Shown: positions 51,396 to 59,600 of the stretch, piece after piece
How the letters are laid out: every line of letters starts with the position of its first letter
Numbering within the stretch: the stretch's first letter is position 1
Source: Candidatus Saccharimonadota bacterium
GTDB taxonomy: Bacteria; Patescibacteriota; Saccharimonadia; Saccharimonadales; Saccharimonadaceae
Assembly: GCA_017459705.1 (NCBI GenBank)
Contig: JAFUCJ010000005.1
Span: 7,436 to 71,435 of the forward strand
DNA: 64,000 bases
Direction of reading: 5' to 3'
Position numbers and translations under genes: made by a program
Notes under the pieces: generated by a model
Database searches by the model: none
What the model saw: only the letters and a program-made list of their open reading frames with translations
What the model was told of the DNA's origin: nothing

Positions 51396-51420
51396 GGCAC
51401 CCCACTCGGGGTGCCTTTTT
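51396..51420 (+). terminator. Plus-strand hairpin plus T5 with no upstream plus-strand gene
   Basis: GGCACCCC-ACTC-GGGGTGCC followed by TTTTT. Confidence 0.5.
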
Positions 51421-51508
51421 ACGCTGCCGTATTTTTTTAGATTTTTTCATTTAATGCTTGTGTTTAAAAACAAAGTGGTTTATAATTATATAAACACACG
51501 GAGGTAAA

Positions 51509-52363
51509 ATGTCTCAGGGCAACAGTCCAGAGAAAAGTCATGCAAAATCTACATCTGAGCACGTCGCCGATAAAGGTGACGTCACAGAAAAAGTAGTTTG
51601 TGCTGCGAAAACGATAAAAGTCGAAATGTACGACGAAGTGTACTATCCAATAGTCACCATGATGGACGCGGTCAAGACGGCAGAAGCTATTAAAATCGTC
51701 GATACCACCAAAACCGCCGAAGTCGTCGAAGCTACCAAAACCCCCGAAACCATCAAAACTGTCGAAATCGCCGAACCAACCACCCCGAGAATTACCTCAA
51801 TCATCAGTACTCCAAAGAAAGCAGTACACCGAAAACGCGGCATCAAAGTCTTCTTCTCGAAGATCACGACCATAACGGTTGTGGTAGTAGCGGTGGTCGC
51901 CGTGGCTCTCGTGGGGCTGAGATTATTTGGCTTCCGAACTTTTACTGTAATGTCCGGCTCCATGGAGCCTAATTATCCAGTTGGGGCATTGATTTATGTC
52001 AAGCCGGTAGACTATCAAAATTTGAAAGCAGGTGACGTGATTTCCTATGTTGCAAACGATGACAAAACCGTAGTCACACACCGTATCGCCAAAATCGAAA
52101 TCGACGAGGCTGATCCTAGCGTGTGGCGTTTCCAGACCAAAGGCGATGCTAACGCCGTGGCCGACTCGAAACTAGTACATTACAAAAATGTACTAGGCAC
52201 ACCCATTGTTACTATTCCGTATATTGGCTATATCGCACGCGGTATTCAACAGCCGCCAGGGATATATATCGCACTAGTGGTGGGTACTCTCCTGCTAGCG
52301 TGGACGTTTTTACCAAGAACCCTTGGCGAAAGGAGGAGATTACAACAAAAGAGTGTGGCATAG
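51509..52363 (+). CDS. Signal peptidase I, SipW (archaeal/ER) type, with a ~130-aa N-terminal extension
   Basis: Catalytic region TVMSGSMEPNYPVGALIYVKP...VTHRI...FQTKGDAN. The N-terminal part has KTAE/KTPE repeats. RBS GGAGG. Confidence 0.85.
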   Translation: MSQGNSPEKSHAKSTSEHVADKGDVTEKVVCAAKTIKVEMYDEVYYPIVTMMDAVKTAEAIKIVDTTKTAEVVEATKTPETIKTVEIAEPTTPRITSIISTPKKAVHRKRGIKVFFSKITTITVVVVAVVAVALVGLRLFGFRTFTVMSGSMEPNYPVGALIYVKPVDYQNLKAGDVISYVANDDKTVVTHRIAKIEIDEADPSVWRFQTKGDANAVADSKLVHYKNVLGTPIVTIPYIGYIARGIQQPPGIYIALVVGTLLLAWTFLPRTLGERRRLQQKSVA

Positions 52364-52405
52364 TGGATAAAATAACAATATTAATAATACAAAGAAAGGA
52401 GGCAA

Positions 52406-53140
52406 ATGTATCACAAGATTAGAATCACAGTGGCGTCGCTGGCTGTCATGTCTATTTGCTTGATAAGCTCGGCCGGAACATTGTCGTACTTTACAGATTC
52501 CGATAGCAAATCTAACGACTTCGTCGTCGGTAATGCTTCGACAAATCTCATCATCTACAACGATCAGGCTGGCGGTAGCGATCATGTCTTTAACGCTAGC
52601 GACTACAAGTTGGTCGATGGCTATGCGGTTCGCGATTGCGAAACGGCCGACTCACCTTGCACTGCGGTCGATAACATCCCGTTCTATCCGCAAGCTGAGA
52701 ACAACGGCAACATCCCAGTTTACCAGAGATTCCGTGTAGTGGTTCCAATCGTACTGAGAGATGTGCTCAGTCTCGCACTACCTTGTGATTTGCCCGACGT
52801 AGACGATACTGGGAAAAGCACCTGTGAAAACGACAATTATAGTATAACCTATAATCAGTCCGTGTCGGTGGACGACACGCCAACCTACGCTGAATATTAT
52901 ATCGTAGGTAAGGCGGCACTAGGCATGGGGCGCACAACTGCCGCGTGGCCGGTAACAGCAATCGAGATTGGCAATCTCTCCACTGTGGCTAATTTAGCAG
53001 AAAACATGACATGTGAAAGTGGAGACGAAAACACAAACAATTGTTCGTTGGGCATCAAGACCTATTCCGACGTAATTCAGACCACCGGGTTTAGCGATGC
53101 AAATTCCGCCTTTACGGGATTTGCCGAAACATATAATTAA
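52406..53140 (+). CDS. TasA/camelysin-like protein with a SipW-dependent-type signal peptide
   Basis: N-terminus ...LISSAGTLSYFTDSDSKSNDFVVGN (the (A/S)YFTD signature of SipW substrates). Confidence 0.75.
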   Translation: MYHKIRITVASLAVMSICLISSAGTLSYFTDSDSKSNDFVVGNASTNLIIYNDQAGGSDHVFNASDYKLVDGYAVRDCETADSPCTAVDNIPFYPQAENNGNIPVYQRFRVVVPIVLRDVLSLALPCDLPDVDDTGKSTCENDNYSITYNQSVSVDDTPTYAEYYIVGKAALGMGRTTAAWPVTAIEIGNLSTVANLAENMTCESGDENTNNCSLGIKTYSDVIQTTGFSDANSAFTGFAETYN

Positions 53141-53176
53141 TTTCGTTTAACATTAAATAATAATAAAGGAGAAAAA

Positions 53177-54151
53177 ATGAAACTAAATCGAAAAGTTGTA
53201 CTATCAACCGCAGTCGTCCTCGGAGCTTCGGCTTTGGTGGCAGGCGGAACGATCGCGTACTTCACGGATCATGAATCCAAAACAAATAACTTTACGGCAG
53301 GCGATGTCGAAATCGAGATGTATGAATCGCAACTTCATCGTGAAAACTCTGGACGGGCCGCAACCTTCGCTGCTTTAGCGTCGGATCCTTACTACTGTGA
53401 TTACAATACGAACCCTACGACCTACTTCGGCAACGCTAGCCTGATTTCTGGGTCCTACAACAACGCTCGCTACTGTACGCCAGGTATGGCACAAAATACC
53501 TATAGTGACAACGAAAATGATATCTCTGCCATCAAGAACGGCCACACGGCGCCGAACCGCTATTGGGGCTTTACTGACCAAGTGATCAAAAGTGACGCCG
53601 CGACCTACGCAACTAACTACCTAGCTAATGCAGCAGCCGACATCGTCCCGGGTGAATGGATCCGTAAGTTTACCTACGTTGAGAATACCAGTACTACTGA
53701 ACCAGCCTATGTCCTCATCCGCTACAAAGTCCCAGCTAATGTAGCAGACTATGTCACCTTGAAGGTCCCTGGCACTCCGTACGAAGAGGATACCAACACT
53801 ACGCTCGATGGTGTCCAGCCATACTTCACCGCAGTAACAGCCTCCACCGATGCGACCAGCGGCAACACGACCTACACCGCCTACGCCTTGACCGCCAATG
53901 GTATTGATGACTACGCCGGTTACACCGAGGGTGACTACAAAGTTTATGCCGCCGTCACGACTCAGCCGCTCAACGCTGGCGAAATGAGCTTCTGGAGTCC
54001 AATCAACACGGTCAAAATCAATAACGATGCCACCGAGGCGCAAATCACGGCACTTGGTCTTACCGATAACACCTTCGGCATTATCGTCGAAGCCGATGCC
54101 ATTCAGGCCAAGACCTTCAATAACGCTATCGAGGCCATCAACAACCTCTAA
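53177..54151 (+). CDS. TasA/camelysin-like protein with a SipW-dependent-type signal peptide
   Basis: N-terminus ...ASALVAGGTIAYFTDHESKTNNFTAGDVEI. RBS AAGGAG. Confidence 0.8.
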   Translation: MKLNRKVVLSTAVVLGASALVAGGTIAYFTDHESKTNNFTAGDVEIEMYESQLHRENSGRAATFAALASDPYYCDYNTNPTTYFGNASLISGSYNNARYCTPGMAQNTYSDNENDISAIKNGHTAPNRYWGFTDQVIKSDAATYATNYLANAAADIVPGEWIRKFTYVENTSTTEPAYVLIRYKVPANVADYVTLKVPGTPYEEDTNTTLDGVQPYFTAVTASTDATSGNTTYTAYALTANGIDDYAGYTEGDYKVYAAVTTQPLNAGEMSFWSPINTVKINNDATEAQITALGLTDNTFGIIVEADAIQAKTFNNAIEAINNL

Positions 54152-54223
54152 ACATAAACACTACGGAGCTGGTACCCATGGTGCCAGCTCCACCATATCA
54201 GCAGGGAAAGGAGAGCCAACAAA

Positions 54224-54901
54224 ATGAGTAAGCGCCAAATAATCAGTCTTGCTATCACTAGTGGCATTGTCGCTAGCAGTTTTGTTGTCTGTCCTGTCTT
54301 TGCTGAGGAAACAGTGGATATCGAAATTGTCGAGGTGGTAGATGATGGCAATGGTAATTTCAGTCCATGGCAGGACATCACAGGGGCCATGCCGGGAGAA
54401 ACTTATAGTGCGATACCACGGGTGAGAAATGACGGCACAGTGCCGACCGAAGTGTCAATGTGTCTCTCGGAATCAGTAGTTTATGCTTCTGGCGAAACGC
54501 ACGTCTTGACGACCAACGCCTTTGAGATTGAAATTGACCCGAACTGGACGCTAGACCATGAAGCAAATCAGCCAGGCATAACCTTGGGAGATTGTTATAA
54601 ATATAATTCGGCTATCAACGCCGGCAACGTGAGCGAACCACTGTTTCGCGAAGTTAAATTAAACGCTTCGCTCGGCAACGAGTACGAAAGCGCCACTTTC
54701 ACCTTGCACCTAGACGCCAGGGGCATCAGTAGTGAGGCTATACCGGTACCAGATTCCGGTGCCGAGGATACTGGCGCCCCGGACACCGGCAGAAACACCT
54801 CGTCCTATCTCGAAATCGTCAGCCCGGTATTCTATACCGCTGGTATTTTAGCTTTTCTCGCGGCATTATCTTTCTTATGTCGCCGCCTCCTCCGCAAGTA
54901 G
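54224..54901 (+). CDS. Surface protein with a Sec signal peptide and a C-terminal anchor (sorting-signal-like)
   Basis: Signal peptide ending VFAEE. Camelysin-like core (GAMPGETYSAIPRVRNDGTVP). C-terminus EDTGAPDTG...hydrophobic helix...CRRLLRK. Confidence 0.6.
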   Translation: MSKRQIISLAITSGIVASSFVVCPVFAEETVDIEIVEVVDDGNGNFSPWQDITGAMPGETYSAIPRVRNDGTVPTEVSMCLSESVVYASGETHVLTTNAFEIEIDPNWTLDHEANQPGITLGDCYKYNSAINAGNVSEPLFREVKLNASLGNEYESATFTLHLDARGISSEAIPVPDSGAEDTGAPDTGRNTSSYLEIVSPVFYTAGILAFLAALSFLCRRLLRK

Positions 54902-55179
54902 TCTAAATCCTCAACCAAAAAACGCCCGTTGGTGGAGATAATCGGGTCTGACCGGACATCCGTCAACGACTAGAGGATTTCAACCCAGGAAGCTAAAATC
55001 TAAGCTCCCAGTAAGTTAATTATATTACAAAAATGCCGTTTTGTCCGTTTTTCCGTTTGCTAATTATATTAAGGGTGTCATGTGGGGGATAATTATTTTA
55101 ATTATGCCAGATACTAAAGCGCATGGTTTTGCAATAATCTAATATTGACTTTCTGCATATCGTATGATAAGATTAGAGT

Positions 55180-55287
55180 ACCGGAGCGAAAGCTCCAACG
55201 TCGGGGATACCACTTCGGTGCTATCTTCATGAGGACCCGCCAGAAATGGCGGGTGGCTCGATTCCAGAGGACTTTGTCCTCTTTCTT
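55180..55287 (+). ncRNA. Candidate ~110-nt small RNA (class unknown)
   Basis: Promoter TTGACT (55145-50), 17 nt, TGATAAGAT (hexamer 55168-73). Then hairpins GGAGC-GAAA-GCTCC, CAC-TTCG-GTG and ACCCGCC-AGAAAT-GGCGGGT. Terminator AGAGGAC-TTT-GTCCTCT followed by TTCTT (55266-55287). Confidence 0.35.
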
Positions 55288-55293
55288 ATTGAC

Positions 55294-55941
55294 CTAATCC
55301 TCTAGCCGCTCTCGGGGAGGCTGAGAGACATAGTCTCTGATGTTATTGATGTTTGATAGTTTATAATTGTCGCGATTAAGCTCACGGCTGAGGTGTTTTA
55401 ATCTGACAGATAAACAATTATTTGTTTCTGTCATTGGTGTAGCTAGGACAGTTACGCAAGAATCTGGGCTAAGTCGAAGGGCGGCTTTGATTGCTTCGGC
55501 GTAATCTCCGTCACAAGAAAGAATCACAACGTTTATTGGCTCCTTGGCTCTTGCGGCGCACTCTAGCAAATCAGAAGTTAGATAAACGTCGACATTCGAT
55601 TTTAGTTTTATGCTTTCTGAAAGCACTTTTACTTTATTCGGGAATTTACAGTTTTTGCACTCGAAAGTTTCGTATCTTGGTGGCTCAACATACCCTTTTC
55701 GGGTGAGTGAACAAATCTTGTATCCTATCTTTTCGCTTAAGAAACGGAAGTGCTTCAGTTTCTTTTTGTCACTAGAAGATACACCCTCATAGTAACGAAC
55801 CTCTTGAACATTTGGGTATTTTTCCTTTAGATAGCTGTAAAGCTTGATAAAATTGAGGTTGAAGCCACAGCTCCAAAGACAGGCATGACGAATATTACTG
55901 ACGTCAATGTAAATATAGGTCTTGGCTTCTAATAAACTCAT
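55294..55941 (-). CDS. NYN (LabA/DUF88-like) domain protein with an inserted CxxC zinc-ribbon-like segment
   Basis: IYIDVSNIRH..., NVDVYLTSDLL, VVILSCDGDYAEAI (NYN/PIN-like acidic residues), plus FECKNCKFPNK. Confidence 0.75.
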   Translation of the reverse strand: MSLLEAKTYIYIDVSNIRHACLWSCGFNLNFIKLYSYLKEKYPNVQEVRYYEGVSSSDKKKLKHFRFLSEKIGYKICSLTRKGYVEPPRYETFECKNCKFPNKVKVLSESIKLKSNVDVYLTSDLLECAARAKEPINVVILSCDGDYAEAIKAALRLSPDSCVTVLATPMTETNNCLSVRLKHLSRELNRDNYKLSNINNIRDYVSQPPRERLED

Positions 55942-56030
55942 ATTACTTAGATTATATCAATTTTGAGTAAGGGACTTACTAATGCCTTACAGGGGGGGGA
56001 ATTGGGGCTAAAAACGATTTATACAGCGTT

Positions 56031-56105
56031 TGGCTGGACCGGCAGGATTCGAACCTGCGAATGCTGGGACCAAAACCCAGTGCCTTACCGCTTGGCGACG
56101 GTCCA
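56031..56105 (-). tRNA. tRNA-Gln (anticodon UUG), CCA encoded
   Basis: The reverse complement reads TGGACCGTCGCCAAGCGGTAAGGCACTGGGTTTTGGTCCCAGCATTCGCAGGTTCGAATCCTGCCGGTCCAGCCA. U1-A72 pair, anticodon loop TTTTGGT. Confidence 0.9.
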
Positions 56106-56186
56106 ATACCATCCCCATTTTACCACACACCCACCGTAAAAACAACCCCCCACCTGCTCGCGCACTTATTTCTCGCGGGTAGGGGG

Positions 56187-56216
56187 TTGACTTTTGTCTT
56201 GCGCTGTGCCTATAAT
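56187..56216 (+). promoter_or_regulatory. Promoter TTGACT-18-TATAAT driving a structured ~270-nt transcript
   Basis: TTGACT 56187-56192, TATAAT 56211-56216. Confidence 0.6.
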
Positions 56217-56349
56217 GCACCAGGTTGGCCTGCGAGTTTAGTGGACTTGGCATATCACAAATGCACCAGCGACCGAAGTGTGGCATTTGCGAGAGGGTGG
56301 AGGTTCATTAAACGGTATCCTAGACATCCAGAACCTCAGAAAGGAAAAT

Positions 56350-56442
56350 CATGTTGAAGATTACTCTTCTCACGATTACTCTCGGTAGGAGTAGTAAACG
56401 CGAGAAAAAAGAGACCCCCAGCACAGAAATTATTCTGAGCTA
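56350..56442 (+). CDS. Candidate 30-aa hydrophobic/charged peptide (MLKITLLTITLGRSSKREKKETPSTEIILS)
   Basis: SD AAGGA lies 5 nt before the ATG. The ORF sits in a structured RNA that ends at the hairpin GACATAATTT-CTAGGA-AAATTATGTC (56462-56487). Confidence 0.3.
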
Positions 56443-56604
56443 GGGGACGCTCTAACCAACCGACATAATTTCTAGGAAAATTATGTCCTTATGTCTATTC
56501 TACCGCAAATTGCGAAAGTTGTAAACCCCACCAACGATACCGCGCAAATTGCGGTAGACAGCATAAGATTCCTCAATAACCACAGAATATGATATAATAT
56601 ATAC

Positions 56605-59600
56605 ATGAAATACAGAGCCGGAGAGCGCCTTAGGGCCATAGAGTACGAGAAGTCACTCACTGAGTGGTGGAAAAAGAACAAAACTTTTGAGAAATCTATC
56701 GAGAATCGTCCGATTGATAAATCTTACGTCTTCTATGATGGCCCCCCGTTCATTACCGGTATGCCGCACCACGGCACACTTCTCAGCTCTATTGTAAAAG
56801 ACGCCGTCCCACGTTACTGGACCATGCAAGGCTGCCGCGTTGAGCGTCGTTGGGGCTGGGATTGCCACGGTCTCCCCGCCGAGAACTTCGTCGAGAAGCA
56901 GCTCGGCATTACTGACCGTCGCGACATTGGCACCAAATGGTCCCTCGAAGATTACATCATCAAGGCTCGCGAATCCATGGTCGCGAACTCCGAACTCTGG
57001 CGCGCCACCATCGACCGCGTCGGCCGTTGGGTGGATTTCGACAACTGCTACCGCACCATGAACAAGGATTTTATGGAGTCCGTCTGGTGGGCCTTCAAGA
57101 AATTATACGAAGCAGGGAAGATCTACGAGGGTCGCAAAGTCCTGATGTACGACACGAAATTTGCCACCCCGGTCAGCAAAGCCGAAGTCACTATGGACAA
57201 CGATGCCTACCAAACCGTCACCGACCCATCCGCCTACGTCAAATTCAAACGCCAGGATGCCGACGAGTATTTCTTGGCCTGGACCACTACCCCCTGGACT
57301 CTCATGGCCAACCGCGCTTTGGCTGTGAGTCCCGACATGGACTACGTCAAAGTCAAAGTTGGCGACGAGATCTACATTGTGGCAAAATCCCGCCTCGAAG
57401 CAGTTTTTGGCGACGCGGAGTATACCTTATTATCCGGGCGGGTGACGGCTGCGGAGGGGGACCCCCGCCGAGCCTGCGAGGTGGGGGAGGACAGCAGCCG
57501 GCAGGACCCGCCCTATATATTAAAGGGTAGCGACCTCGCCGGCCTCAAATACAAATCTATCGACGGCACTATTTGCCAGGTTTTCACCGCTGATTTTGTA
57601 GGCAATGAAGAGGGTACCGGCATCGTCCATATCGCCCCCGCCTACGGCGAAGACGACTACGATCTGTATCTGAAACATGCCGCAACGGACGACAAAACCA
57701 TGTCCGGGCAGGTGACGGCTGCGGAGGGGGAGGGCGTCACTCGGCAGGACCCGCCCCGTATTTCGTTTGTCGACACTCTCGACGAGAACGGCTATTATCT
57801 ACCAGAGTACGCCGCCAAGCTCCATGCCCTCGGCGTCCGCGACACCGACGAACACGGCATCCAGATTTGGGCCGCCAACAAGTTTATCGCGAAATGCCTT
57901 GAAGAACAGAGAATCATTTACAAAATCGAATACATCCAGCACGAATATCCATTTAATCCACGTTCCAAGGAACGCATTATGTACCGCGCTTTCCCAAGCT
58001 GGTTCTTTGACATAGAGGGGCAAAAACCTCTCATGCTAGCCGAGAACGAAAACATCAACTGGTTCCCAGCCTACTTGAAGCACGGCCGCTTCGCGAAGAA
58101 CATCGAAGCCGCCCCTGATTGGAACCTCTCCCGCGACCGTTTCTGGGCTACCGCCATGCCGGTCTGGAAAGGCGAAAAAACCGGCGCTATCAAAGTATTT
58201 GGCTCCTACGCAGAGCTTAAAGAATACTCCGGCAAAGAGCTAGATGACTACCACCGCCCATGGGTAGACGAGATAGAATTCGACGCTTATGTTGAGAATG
58301 GAAAGGTTATCTCAAAAAATGCCTTATCTGCAACTTTTGAGACCGTGTCCCGAAATCCTCACGAGGATTTCGAAGTGAGCGAGCCCCGTGACGACGGGCG
58401 CGAGCGAACGGGGTCGAAAAAGTTACAGGAAGGCATTTCCGAGTTAGACCATTTCACTCGTATCGAAAAAGTCCTCGACTGTTGGTTCGAGTCCGGCTCC
58501 ATGCCTTTCGCTCAGCTTCATTACCCATTTGAAAACAAGGACAAATTCGAGCGAAATTACCCCGCCGACTTCATCGTCGAATACGTCGGCCAAGTCCGCG
58601 CTTGGTTCTATTATGTTCATACGGTCAACACAGCCCTCGCCGAAATCGGCGCTTTTGGTGAAAAAGCAAAGCGCGGCCACAAGAACGCCTACAAAAACGT
58701 CATTACTACTGGTACCCTCGCAGGGAACGACGGCCGCAAAATGAGCAAATCTCTTGGCAACTACACCGACCCGAATGTCCTGATGGACACCTACTCGGCC
58801 GACGCCCTTCGCTTCCTCCTCCTCAGCAGCCCAGTCCTCTCTGGCGAAGATTTCGCCCTGCTCGACAAGGATGTCTCTGATGTCAACCGCAAGCTCGCTA
58901 TGCTCTGGAATGTTTACGACTTCTTCGTGACTTACGCCGAGATTGAGGGCTGGGATTCTGAGAATTCATGGCGTCCAGCTACCAAAGGTTTAGATTCACT
59001 CAAAAACCCGCTCGATGTCTGGATTATCTCGCGCTTGCATCAGACCAAGGCCAAAATCATTAACGGCATGTCCGAATACAATATCCCCAAAGCGCTAGAA
59101 GACGTCCTGCCGTTTATAGATGATCTCAGCAACTGGTTTGTTCGCCGCTCGCGCCGCCGCTTCAGCAAAAACGACGATCAAGAAGACAAAAACGAGGCTT
59201 TCTGGACTCTTTATACCGTTCTTGTAAAAACTGCTCAAGTTCTCGCTCCGTTTACCCCATTTCTTTCGGAGGAACTTTACCAAAAAATGACCGGCTCTAG
59301 CGAGTCAGTCCACCTTCTAGATTATCCTCAGGCAACCGAAGTAGATAGCGAGGTTCTGGAGAACATGACTCGCACTCGCACCATCATTACCGATGCACTC
59401 GCTCTCCGTATGCACAAGTCCGACACCGAGGCCCAGATTAAAGTCCGTCAACCCCTAAGTAGGCTCACCTACCTAGGCGACAAACTCGACGATTTCTACG
59501 AGCGGATCATTGCCGACGAAGTCAACGTGAAACAGGTCGAAAACGGCGATTCGCTCACACTCGACAAAACTATCACCCCCGAACTAGCCAAAGAGGGCTA

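Noticed and set aside
54931-55015. tRNA- or tmRNA-like 3' end on the minus strand (...GATTATCTCCACCA, with a GGTTGAAATCC-like segment)
   Set aside because: I could not fold a cloverleaf. No matching 5' acceptor strand, D-arm or anticodon arm is present. It is probably a chance resemblance or a very decayed fragment.
55992-55999. G8 homopolymer as an independent phase-variation switch
   Set aside because: It lies ~45 nt upstream of the putative -10 of the NYN gene, outside the hexamers and the coding sequence. It is mentioned under the NYN finding only.
56008-56357. 92-aa and 98-aa ORFs
   Set aside because: They overlap tRNA-Gln and the promoter/structured-RNA region. No RBS and implausible composition.
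56223-56604. T-box riboswitch leader of ileS
   Set aside because: No convincing T-box consensus (GGTGGNACCGCG-like) and no terminator/antiterminator pair next to the start. ileS also has its own extended -10 box 6 nt before the ATG. An Infernal scan should still be run.
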